A DNA stretch of 32,000 nucleotides. Source: Pyrodictium abyssi (GTDB lineage Archaea > Thermoproteota > Thermoprotei_A > Sulfolobales > Pyrodictiaceae). Both the position numbers and the translations under genes were made by a program. This document shows, piece by piece, positions 17,520-26,309 of this stretch. The DNA is taken from NCBI RefSeq assembly GCF_036323395.1, contig NZ_AP028907.1, forward strand, positions 1,470,001 through 1,502,000, written 5' to 3'. The notes under the pieces were generated by a model. The model saw only the letters and a list, made by a program, of their open reading frames with translations. It did no database searches and was not told where the DNA came from. How positions within the stretch are numbered: position 1 is the first letter of the stretch; each line of letters starts with the position of its first letter.

Positions 17520-19931
17520 ATGCCAGAAGCTATAGAGTTCGTGCTCCTTGATTCAAGCTACGAGATTGTAGGGAAAGAGCCGGTAATCATACTATGGGGT
17601 GTAACGCTAGACGGTAAACGCATAGTCCTACTTGATAGGAGGTTTAGGCCCTACTTCTATGCACTCATATCCCGCGACTACGAAGGTAAGGCCGAGGAGG
17701 TAGTAGCTGCTATTAGAAGGCTAAGTATGGCAAAGAGCCCCATAATAGAAGCAAAGGTGGTTAGTAAGAAGTACTTCGGAAGGCCCCGTAAAGCAGTCAA
17801 AGTAACGACAGTTATACCCGAATCTGTCAGAGAATATAGAGAGGCTGTAAAAAAGCTGGAAGGCGTGGAAGACTCTCTAGAAGCAGACATAAGGTTCGCG
17901 ATGAGGTATCTAATCGACAAGAAGCTCTACCCGTTCACAGCATACCGTGTCAGAGCCGAGAACGCTGGACGCAGCCCTGGTTTCCGTGTAGACTCGGTAT
18001 ACACTATAGTTGAGGACCCAGAGCCTATTGCCGACATAACTAGTATAGATATACCAGAGATGCGTGTGCTCGCGTTCGACATAGAGGTCTACAGTAAGAG
18101 AGGAAGCCCTAACCCGTCCCGCGACCCGGTCATAATAATCTCGATAAAGGACAGCAAGGGGAACGAGAAGCTACTAGAAGCCAATAACTACGACGACAGA
18201 AACGTGCTACGGGAATTTATAGAGTACATACGCTCCTTTGACCCAGACATAATAGTAGGCTACAATAGCAACAATTTTGACTGGCCATACCTTATAGAAC
18301 GTGCACACAGAATAGGAGTAAAGCTCGACGTGACAAGGCGTGTTGGCGCAGAGCCAAGTATGAGCGTCTATGGACATGTCTCAGTGCAGGGTAGGCTAAA
18401 CGTAGACCTCTACAACTACGTGGAGGAAATGCATGAGATAAAGGTAAAGACGCTCGAGGAGGTCGCCGAATACCTAGGCGTTATGCGCAAGAGCGAGCGC
18501 GTACTAATAGAATGGTGGCGGATCCCAGATTACTGGGACGACGAGAAGAAACGGCCGCTACTGAAGCGTTATGCCCTCGACGATGTGAGAGCCACCTACG
18601 GCCTCGCCGAGAAGATACTCCCATTCGCAATACAGCTTTCGACAGTAACCGGTGTTCCTTTAGACCAAGTCGGGGCTATGGGCGTAGGTTTCCGTCTAGA
18701 ATGGTACCTTATGAGAGCAGCGCATGATATGAACGAGCTTGTCCCCAACCGTGTCAAGCGGCGCGAAGAGAGCTACAAGGGAGCAGTAGTACTAAAGCCC
18801 CTAAAGGGTGTCCATGAGAACGTAGTAGTGCTCGACTTTAGCTCAATGTACCCCAACATAATGATAAAGTACAATGTGGGCCCTGACACGATAATTGACG
18901 ACCCCTCAGAGTGCGAGAAGTACAGTGGATGCTACGTAGCCCCCGAAGTCGGGCACATGTTTAGGCGCTCGCCCTCCGGCTTCTTTAAGACCGTGCTTGA
19001 GAACCTCATAGCGCTGCGTAAGCAAGTACGTGAAAAGATGAAGGAGTTCCCCCCAGATAGCCCAGAATACCGGATATACGATGAACGCCAGAAGGCACTC
19101 AAGGTGCTAGCCAACGCTAGCTACGGCTACATGGGATGGGTGCACGCTCGCTGGTACTGTAAACGCTGCGCAGAGGCTGTAACAGCCTGGGGCCGTAACC
19201 TGATACTCTCAGCAATAGAATATGCTAGGAAGCTCGGCCTCAAAGTAATATACGGAGACACGGACTCCCTATTCGTAACCTATGATATCGAGAAGGTAAA
19301 GAAGCTAATAGAATTCGTCGAGAAACAGCTAGGCTTCGAGATAAAGATAGACAAGGTATACAAAAGAGTGTTCTTTACCGAGGCAAAGAAGCGCTACGTG
19401 GGCCTCCTCGAGGACGGGCGTATGGACATAGTAGGCTTTGAGGCTGTTAGAGGCGACTGGTGTGAGCTAGCTAAAGAGGTGCAAGAGAAAGTAGCAGAGA
19501 TAATACTGAAGACGGGAGACATAAATAGAGCCATAAGCTACATAAGAGAGGTCGTGAGAAAGCTAAGAGAAGGCAAGATACCCATAACAAAGCTCGTAAT
19601 ATGGAAGACCTTGACAAAGAGAATCGAGGAATACGAGCACGAGGCGCCGCACGTTACTGCAGCACGGCGTATGAAAGAAGCAGGCTACGATGTGGCACCG
19701 GGAGACAAGATAGGCTACATCATAGTTAAAGGACATGGCAGTATATCGAGTCGTGCCTACCCGTACTTTATGGTAGACTCGTCTAAGGTTGACACAGAGT
19801 ACTACATAGACCACCAGATAGTACCAGCAGCAATGAGGATACTCTCATACTTCGGGGTCACAGAGAAGCAGCTTAAGGCAGCATCATCTGGGCATAGGAG
19901 TCTCTTCGACTTCTTCGCGGCAAAGAAGTAG
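17520..19931 (+). CDS. polB: DNA polymerase, family B
   Basis: 803 aa; Exo I 'LAFDIEVYSKRG', motif A 'DFSSMYPNIM', motif B 'KVLANASYGYMGW', motif C 'YGDTDSLFV'; C-terminal PIP-like 'HRSLFDFFAAKK'. Confidence 0.98.
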   Translation: MPEAIEFVLLDSSYEIVGKEPVIILWGVTLDGKRIVLLDRRFRPYFYALISRDYEGKAEEVVAAIRRLSMAKSPIIEAKVVSKKYFGRPRKAVKVTTVIPESVREYREAVKKLEGVEDSLEADIRFAMRYLIDKKLYPFTAYRVRAENAGRSPGFRVDSVYTIVEDPEPIADITSIDIPEMRVLAFDIEVYSKRGSPNPSRDPVIIISIKDSKGNEKLLEANNYDDRNVLREFIEYIRSFDPDIIVGYNSNNFDWPYLIERAHRIGVKLDVTRRVGAEPSMSVYGHVSVQGRLNVDLYNYVEEMHEIKVKTLEEVAEYLGVMRKSERVLIEWWRIPDYWDDEKKRPLLKRYALDDVRATYGLAEKILPFAIQLSTVTGVPLDQVGAMGVGFRLEWYLMRAAHDMNELVPNRVKRREESYKGAVVLKPLKGVHENVVVLDFSSMYPNIMIKYNVGPDTIIDDPSECEKYSGCYVAPEVGHMFRRSPSGFFKTVLENLIALRKQVREKMKEFPPDSPEYRIYDERQKALKVLANASYGYMGWVHARWYCKRCAEAVTAWGRNLILSAIEYARKLGLKVIYGDTDSLFVTYDIEKVKKLIEFVEKQLGFEIKIDKVYKRVFFTEAKKRYVGLLEDGRMDIVGFEAVRGDWCELAKEVQEKVAEIILKTGDINRAISYIREVVRKLREGKIPITKLVIWKTLTKRIEEYEHEAPHVTAARRMKEAGYDVAPGDKIGYIIVKGHGSISSRAYPYFMVDSSKVDTEYYIDHQIVPAAMRILSYFGVTEKQLKAASSGHRSLFDFFAAKK

Positions 19932-20038
19932 CCCCGGCTCTCCAAACTATCTTTATAACAGCGTACACATAGCTGTGCCCCGTGTGGGAATAGAGCCTAG
20001 CAGGTGTATACAGCGAGCTGCAGCTGGGGTGCAAAGGG

Positions 20039-20878
20039 ATGATACTAGCATCATGGAGGTCGCTAGCATGGATAATAAGGCGCGCCGATGTGGTACTGGA
20101 GGTTGTTGATGCGCGCGACCCTATATCCACGCGAAGTCGGCGCCTAGAACGAATGGTCACAAGCCTCCAGAAGAAGCTCATAATAGTTATCAACAAGACG
20201 GATCTGATACCCCGCGAGGTCGCCGAGAAATGGAAGAGAATATTCGAGGATCAAGGATACAGGACAGTCTACATGGCTGCAAGGGACCATAAGGGCACGA
20301 GGGTGCTGCGCAGAGCTATAAGAGACGTTGTAGAGACGTACCCGGCAATAGTAGCGGTTACCGGTTTCCCTAAGACGGGCAAGTCGACCATAATAAACGC
20401 GCTTAAGGGGCGCCACAGTGCATCTACAAGCCCTATACCGGGCAGTCCTGGCTATACCACTCATGCACAGCTATACCGTATCGGTGAAAATCTCTACATG
20501 ATTGACACGCCTGGCGTTATACCTGTCGAGGGTGGGCCTCTAGAGGCAGTTCTCCGGGGCCGTCCCCCAGAACAGCTACGTGACCCAGTACGCCCGGCTG
20601 TTATGCTGCTTGAGAGGGCATTGAAGTATAATCCTAGGGCGGTTAAGGATGCCTACGGGATAGACGAGACGGATCCATATAAGATACTCGAACTCATAGC
20701 AATTAAGCGTGGCTGGAAGTATAAGAGCGACGGTGAACCACTCATAGAGGAGGCGGCTAGAACAGTCATACGCGACTACCATACAGGAAAGCTACTCTTC
20801 TATGTGCCACCGGAAGAATACATGCTAAGACGAGGCCAGCACAGCGCGCGCAGGACCCGGAGCAGTATAGCATTCTAA
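20039..20878 (+). CDS. Circularly permuted GTPase (YlqF/YawG family)
   Basis: 279 aa; 'VVDARDP', G4 'NKTD' precedes G1 'GFPKTGKST' and G3 'DTPG', the permuted order. Confidence 0.93.
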   Translation: MILASWRSLAWIIRRADVVLEVVDARDPISTRSRRLERMVTSLQKKLIIVINKTDLIPREVAEKWKRIFEDQGYRTVYMAARDHKGTRVLRRAIRDVVETYPAIVAVTGFPKTGKSTIINALKGRHSASTSPIPGSPGYTTHAQLYRIGENLYMIDTPGVIPVEGGPLEAVLRGRPPEQLRDPVRPAVMLLERALKYNPRAVKDAYGIDETDPYKILELIAIKRGWKYKSDGEPLIEEAARTVIRDYHTGKLLFYVPPEEYMLRRGQHSARRTRSSIAF

Positions 20879-21060
20879 TGCGGCTATCCTAGGGTTACCG
20901 CAGGCCCTGGCTGCATGTAGGCTGCAGAGCCCCCTTGTACTATGCTTTAAGAACTCCAGGCAATGGGGCGCCCCTGCACCTCCCTTTTGAAGACGCGCAC
21001 GGGATGGTGGTCTCACCCTATTAGTAGCCCTGTCCCGCTTTGTTTTCGGGGAATAGCGGT

Positions 21061-21597
21061 ATGGAGATGTATGCGCTGGTTACAGGGAGGCCGGGAGTAG
21101 GTAAGACTACACTTGTACGCAGAGTCGTAGAGAAGCTCAGGAAAGAAGGCTATACGATGGCTGGCTTCTTCTGCCCTGAAGTACGCCAGAGCGGCCGTCG
21201 TATAGGCTTTAGGATAACTAGTCTTGACGGCAGCCTGGAGGCGTGGCTCGCCAAGATAGAGGGTTGTAATGGGCCGCGAGTAGGCCGCTATAACACGTGC
21301 CAAGAGGCTGAAGAGGTAGCACGTAGAGCCGTCGAGCATATCGACGACGTTGATCTGATAGTAATAGATGAGATAGGGCCAATGGAGCTCCGGCTTAGAG
21401 GTATACGTGAAGTCATACTGCGTGTACTCCGCTCCGGGAAACCAGGCCTCTTCGTAGTCCATGAGAGGCTGTCCGACAGAGAGATACTACCAATTCTGCA
21501 ACGGCGTGGTAGATGGTATAGAGTGACTGTGGAGAACCGAGACCGTCTAGTAGACGATGTATATAGTTTTGTCAAGTCTCTTGTCAAGCGTTACTAG
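21061..21597 (+). CDS. Nucleoside-triphosphatase THEP1-like / nucleotide kinase
   Basis: 'ALVTGRPGVGKTTLVRRVVEKL' Walker A, 'VIDEIGPMELR' Walker B. ATG at 21061 chosen over the track TTG at 21040. Confidence 0.9.
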   Translation: MEMYALVTGRPGVGKTTLVRRVVEKLRKEGYTMAGFFCPEVRQSGRRIGFRITSLDGSLEAWLAKIEGCNGPRVGRYNTCQEAEEVARRAVEHIDDVDLIVIDEIGPMELRLRGIREVILRVLRSGKPGLFVVHERLSDREILPILQRRGRWYRVTVENRDRLVDDVYSFVKSLVKRY

Positions 21598-21688
21598 CTC
21601 CTCTCTTTGCTGCCGAAATCTAGGGCTTGCGAGCCATTAGCAGCCAGTAAATAGGCGCTAGACTCTACTCTACTAGCCGTGCGGCGGA

Positions 21689-21776
21689 GAGGGCGGGATG
21701 CCCGCGCGTTCCAGCGCTGAAGCCGCCCGGGGGCAGTGATGTAGCTACAGAACTTCCGCCCCCGGGTACCGCCCTC
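21689..21776. other. GC-rich nested inverted repeats, candidate structured RNA
   Basis: Outer GAGGGCGG (21689-21696) / CCGCCCTC (21769-21776); inner CCCGGGGGC (21726-21734) / GCCCCCGGG (21758-21766). Confidence 0.4.
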
Positions 21777-21829
21777 CTAACTGCATATAATGCTTAAACG
21801 GTCCGAACCTCTGCACGGCTGGCTGGGGT

Positions 21830-22120
21830 GTGGCTGGAGTGAGCGAGAAGTGCCGCGAGTACATAATACCGGTTGGCGAGAAACAGATATTCATAACGCC
21901 ACAAGTGCTCGAGGTCATTCACGAGTACCTGCACCGCCCGATGGGCCTAGAGGAGCTAGCGCGCAAGCTCGGTCTCGAAAGCTGGGAAGAGGCTTACGAG
22001 TTCATAAAGCGTGTACCAGCGTGGATAATGTGGATGCCAATAAACATGTGGCGGATGAGGCTTGAGAAGGAGGGCTGTCTAGAGCTTTTCGAGACCAGCG
22101 AGTCAGCGGCCGAGGCCTAG
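21830..22120 (+). CDS. Small conserved-looking hypothetical protein, 96 aa
   Basis: GTG start preceded by TATA-like 'gcatataatg'; 'PQVLEVIHEYLHRPMGLEELARKLGLESWEEAYEFIKRVPAWIMWMP' has helical, possibly HTH-like character. Confidence 0.7.
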   Translation: MAGVSEKCREYIIPVGEKQIFITPQVLEVIHEYLHRPMGLEELARKLGLESWEEAYEFIKRVPAWIMWMPINMWRMRLEKEGCLELFETSESAAEA

Positions 22121-22364
22121 CAGATGACCCTATACACCAAATCCTCACTAGATGCTGCTACTCATGTTTATTAAGATACTTGGCTGCATACTGGGCTCGG
22201 CGTCTACCGGGTTTAATCATAACTCGGAATCCTTAGCCCAAATGCAGTAAAAGCTGTTTGATATGCTTTGTGTTCTAGCGGTTGTGCCGCGTCTTTGGCT
22301 CATGTCGGGATAGTGGCTGTATGGAATCCAGATAAGGTGGGAAAGAGCAGAATACGATAAGGGT

Positions 22365-24500
22365 CTACCTTACTATAGCGTAGCAGCCGAGGCTCTTCTC
22401 GTATATTATGCCGTCACGGCGGAAGCTGCGTATAGCCTCCTCGACGAGACTCGACTCGATGCCTTCACTGGCGGCCCTTCTCTGTATCTCTTTTAGTCTT
22501 GCACAGCCTTCTTCACTCTCGCTCTCTAGCTCCTCTATTATCTCCATTATTCTTGTGAGCTTCTCTTGTTTGCTGCGAGGCTTGCCTGTCATTATAACGT
22601 CGATGTCTATCCTTCCGCTCTCAATGTCCATGCCACTGCTCTCAAGGAACGTCTTCATGAGTCTTATTGCGGCCTCTGCGTCCTCCCTTGTAACTTCATT
22701 GCGGAGCGCCATCTTCGCGTGGGCTTCGGCTAGGCGTATTAGGGCTTCGAGCTGTCGTGCAGTTATCGCTATGGGGCCTTCGGGGTTCTCGCTGCTCATG
22801 CGCCTCATCTCTACGTAGAAGTCTTCTATGAGCTTGCTAGCCTCCGCGGTAAGCCTGGGTCTTATGTATCTACGCGCATAGCTTATGTATTTCTTGAGCA
22901 GCGCCGGGTCTATCTCGGGCTTGATCCGCTCCGTTTCCCGGTGAACCTCTAGTACGTGTCTTGCGAGTTTACGGTCCTCCTCTGGGTTGGGCCGGTCCTT
23001 TAGTATGAATATAAGGTCGAAACGCGACAGGATGGTGACTGGCAGGTTTATGTTGTCTGCGAGCGTGCGGTTCGTGAGGTAACGGCCAAACTTAGGGTTC
23101 CCTGCAGCTATCACGGTGGTTCTGGCGTTTAGCTTAGCTACGATACCCGCTTTTGCTATGCTCACGGTCTGCTGCTCCATGGCCTCGTGTATGGCTACGC
23201 GGTCTTCGTCACGCATCTTGTCTATCTCGTCGATGGCTGCTACGCCGCCGTCTGCTAGAACGAGTGCGCCGGCTTCTAGGTAGTATTCGCCAGTAGTCTT
23301 GTCGCGTATGACGGCAGCGGTTAGACCAGCTGCGGTTGCGCCCTTACCAGTGGTGTATATGCCCCTTGGGGCTATCCTCGCAGCGTACTGGAGGAGCTGG
23401 CTCTTAGCAGTACCCGGGTCGCCGACTATGAGTACGTGTATATCGCCGCGGATGCGTACACCGTCCTCTGTTATCTTTGGTACGCCTCCGAAGAGAGCCA
23501 GGGCTATGGCTTCCTTTATCTCCCAGTGGCCGTAGATCGCTGGCGCAATACTGGCTATTATTCGTTTACGCACCCAAGGATCTCTAGCAAGGGCGCGTAT
23601 TCTCTCCTCGTCCTCCCTAGTTATGACTACCTCTTCGAGTATCTTCTGCGAAACCTCTATGTGGTTAGCCTCTATGTATAGGTCGAATACGGCCCGTTTC
23701 TTCGATACCGAGTCGGGCCGTACCCGCACTATGCCGACAACGCTAATTCTATCACCGGGTCTAGCACTATCTACAAGTTCGTCTTGCAGCACCACCTCTA
23801 TGCTTCGGGGTAGCTGTCCTGGGGGCACTTCTTCGGGCCTCTCCTGGAGTACTATGCGCTGCCAGTCTATCAGTTTCGACTCCTCTGGGAGGAGCCTAAA
23901 CGTGCCACCGGACGAGCCGCAGATCGGGCACGCTGGCGGCCGTTCTAGTATATCGCCTATGAGCTCTCCTTCTGGCGGCCAGTCGAATCTATGGCAGCCT
24001 TGCTCACGTGTACAGTGCATGAATCTTGCCTTGACTATCTTCTCCTTCACCGGTGTGGTCCTAACTAGGATGCCCTCGAGCATCACCAGCTTTCCTAGGT
24101 ATTCGCTCTTAAGCCTTCGAAGCGGCACAACCCGTGGTAACGCGCGTACACGGACGTAGAACCGGTCTATGGTTTCAGCGTAGTCTGGCGCCTCAGTCAT
24201 AACGACTTCTTTGACTACTTCGCTTGCTTGTTGGAGTACTTCGTCCGGCCTTTCTATGAGTAGTCTAGCCAGCCGATTGTCGAACAAGTAGAGGTCGTTG
24301 TAGTCCACTATTAGGCTCTTTTGCCCCATAGTTATCATCTGCTTTATACGCTCGCGGTACTTGTAGGAGTCACTACGGTCACGGAAGCTTCGGATGAACT
24401 CGTAGAACCTTTCGTGAACATCTATTACCTGCTCGTGCTCTACACCAGTCGTCAGTGCAGCCATGGCTATACTGTACCCCGTCCCTAGTCCTGGACCCAA
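22365..24500 (-). CDS. mcm: Minichromosome maintenance (MCM) replicative helicase
   Basis: 711 aa; Walker A 'GDPGTAKSQLL', Walker B 'GGVAAIDEIDKM', arginine-finger 'LSRFDLIFIL', zinc motif 'CTREQGCH...CPIC'. The start may be ATG at 24464. Confidence 0.98.
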   Translation of the reverse strand: MGPGLGTGYSIAMAALTTGVEHEQVIDVHERFYEFIRSFRDRSDSYKYRERIKQMITMGQKSLIVDYNDLYLFDNRLARLLIERPDEVLQQASEVVKEVVMTEAPDYAETIDRFYVRVRALPRVVPLRRLKSEYLGKLVMLEGILVRTTPVKEKIVKARFMHCTREQGCHRFDWPPEGELIGDILERPPACPICGSSGGTFRLLPEESKLIDWQRIVLQERPEEVPPGQLPRSIEVVLQDELVDSARPGDRISVVGIVRVRPDSVSKKRAVFDLYIEANHIEVSQKILEEVVITREDEERIRALARDPWVRKRIIASIAPAIYGHWEIKEAIALALFGGVPKITEDGVRIRGDIHVLIVGDPGTAKSQLLQYAARIAPRGIYTTGKGATAAGLTAAVIRDKTTGEYYLEAGALVLADGGVAAIDEIDKMRDEDRVAIHEAMEQQTVSIAKAGIVAKLNARTTVIAAGNPKFGRYLTNRTLADNINLPVTILSRFDLIFILKDRPNPEEDRKLARHVLEVHRETERIKPEIDPALLKKYISYARRYIRPRLTAEASKLIEDFYVEMRRMSSENPEGPIAITARQLEALIRLAEAHAKMALRNEVTREDAEAAIRLMKTFLESSGMDIESGRIDIDVIMTGKPRSKQEKLTRIMEIIEELESESEEGCARLKEIQRRAASEGIESSLVEEAIRSFRRDGIIYEKSLGCYAIVR

Positions 24501-24548
24501 ATTAGCCGGCTACTCCACCCCCTTAACCCTTCCCGTACATGAGGCGTG

Positions 24549-25127
24549 CTAGTGCTGCGGAGGGAGTAGGCTACGCTTCCACAGGTCTATCGTCTTGTAG
24601 AGGGTATCGAGTAGCGCAGACTCTTCTGGAGCTAGTTTGGAAGATAACTCAGCCATGGTTGTTGGGCTCCGCAAGCTCTGAAGTATTACGAGTAAACGCT
24701 TATCTATTATCTCCATGAGGTATTGCAAAGCCTTCTGCTTCTCCTCAAGCAGTATAGGGTTTAGCTCGCGCCTTATCCTATCCTCGAGGCTCTTTATGAA
24801 CTCCTTTGCATTCTGGTAGAAGTTCTGGGGGAGAGGCTCCAGCTCGGCGGGCGTCCTAGCACTCAAGGCAGAAAAATGGACACGCGCTATATCCTCTATG
24901 CTTATGGGCGATTCCACCATATTGGCTATGCCTTCGCTTATCAATGTCTGAGCGAGCCAGTATGGAACCTCTATCTCTATACCCTTTTGCAGCTCGATGC
25001 GTTGTCCATCCAGTGTAAGTGGCCTCTCGTCGCGGATTATCATAATGCGCACTGGTCGGAGCTTGTACTCTATTTCGGCCATCCTGAGTAGCAGTTCGAG
25101 CCTATTTCCAGGCAATGAGGAGCCCAT
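24549..25127 (-). CDS. gins23: GINS complex subunit, Gins23-type
   Basis: 192 aa; directly upstream of mcm on the same strand as in other Crenarchaeota; 'IEIEVPYWLAQTLISEGIANM' resembles the GINS B-domain. Confidence 0.82.
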   Translation of the reverse strand: MGSSLPGNRLELLLRMAEIEYKLRPVRIMIIRDERPLTLDGQRIELQKGIEIEVPYWLAQTLISEGIANMVESPISIEDIARVHFSALSARTPAELEPLPQNFYQNAKEFIKSLEDRIRRELNPILLEEKQKALQYLMEIIDKRLLVILQSLRSPTTMAELSSKLAPEESALLDTLYKTIDLWKRSLLPPQH

Positions 25128-25148
25128 GCATTAATTGGCGTAACTGCT

Positions 25149-25158
25149 CTAATATAGG
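25149..25158. promoter_or_regulatory. Symmetric TATA-like element in the divergent GINS/RFC-S intergenic region
   Basis: CTAATATAGG on + and CCTATATTAG on -, the only strong TATA-like block in the 77-bp gap. Confidence 0.45.
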
Positions 25159-25204
25159 CGTTAACTGGGTAGAGCCACTGTACGGGAGGATGGAGGATTA
25201 GGCC

Positions 25205-26191
25205 TTGAGTTCGAGTATTGCTGAGCTACTCTGGGCTGAGAAGTATCGCCCAAGATCGCTCGATGAGATTGTTAACCAGGAAGAGATAGTAAGGAGGCTT
25301 AAGAAGTTTGTAGAAGAGAAGAATATGCCGCATCTACTATTCGTTGGGCCCCCGGGTACTGGAAAGACCACAGCAGCTCATGCACTGGCGCATGACCTCT
25401 ATGGCGAGAACTATATGCAGTACATGCTAGAGCTAAATGCCAGTGATGAGCGGGGCATAGACACTATAAGGACTAAGGTAAAAGAGTTTGCGCGTAGCAG
25501 GACACCACCAAACATACCATTTAAGATAGTGTTGCTTGACGAGGCAGACAACATGACAGCTGATGCACAGCAAGCGTTGCGTCGGCTAATGGAGATGTAC
25601 ACCGCGTTTACCCGCTTCATACTAATAGCCAACTTCCCAAGTAAGATAATCGAGCCCATCCAGTCACGCTGTGCGATATTCAGGTTCACGCCGCTAAAGA
25701 AGGAGGACGTGATAGCTAGGCTCAAATGGATATGCGAGCAGGAGGGCTGCAAGTATACGGAGGAAGGCCTTGAGACAATATACGAGGTTAGCGAGGGCGA
25801 CATGAGGCGCGCAATAAACATACTGCAGGCGGCAGCGGCGCTCGGCACGGTGACTCCAGAGATAGTATATAAGGTCGTAGGGCTTGCCCATCCGAAGGAG
25901 ATAAGAGAGATAATTCGGCTAGCGCTTGACGGCGAGTTCCTCAAGGCTAGGGAGAGACTTAGGACACTTATGATAAACTACGGGCTAAGCGGTGTTGACG
26001 TTATAAAGCAGATACATAGAGAGATATTCGGCCAAGAGCTAAAGATTCCAGAGGAAATAAGAGTCTTAATTGCAGACTACACTGGCGAGATACAGTTCAG
26101 GCTGGTAGAAGGTGCTGACGACGAGATACAGCTTAACGCATTCCTTGCATGGCTTACACTGCTAGGGCAGAAGCTGCGAGGCTCATCCTAG
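25205..26191 (+). CDS. rfcS: Replication factor C small subunit
   Basis: 328 aa; 'WAEKYRPRSLDEIVNQ', 'FVGPPGTGKTTAAHALA', 'LLDEADNMTADAQQALRR', 'SRCAIFRF'. TTG start. Confidence 0.98.
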   Translation: MSSSIAELLWAEKYRPRSLDEIVNQEEIVRRLKKFVEEKNMPHLLFVGPPGTGKTTAAHALAHDLYGENYMQYMLELNASDERGIDTIRTKVKEFARSRTPPNIPFKIVLLDEADNMTADAQQALRRLMEMYTAFTRFILIANFPSKIIEPIQSRCAIFRFTPLKKEDVIARLKWICEQEGCKYTEEGLETIYEVSEGDMRRAINILQAAAALGTVTPEIVYKVVGLAHPKEIREIIRLALDGEFLKARERLRTLMINYGLSGVDVIKQIHREIFGQELKIPEEIRVLIADYTGEIQFRLVEGADDEIQLNAFLAWLTLLGQKLRGSS

Positions 26192-26309
26192 CTTTAACAC
26201 GGCGTAAACAGAATCCAAAAGGATCGTAAGGCAGAGTCTGAGCAAGCGCCAGCCGGATAGTCTTGACGACCCTCTTTTACCACCAGTGCTGTTATGACTA
26301 CCTTTATGC

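Noticed and set aside
20880-21040. Palindrome GGGGCGCCCC and TGCA-based dyads in the GTPase/THEP1 gap
   Set aside because: Short isolated dyads; no consistent fold found by eye.
21013-21462. 149-aa antisense ORF
   Set aside because: Entirely opposite the THEP1-like NTPase with its intact Walker motifs.
23623-24159. 178-aa ORF opposite mcm (with 22408-22818 and 23299-23535)
   Set aside because: Ser/Thr-rich shadow of mcm codon usage, no independent motif or promoter.
25411-25944. 177-aa antisense ORF in rfcS
   Set aside because: Shadow ORF opposite the conserved RFC core.
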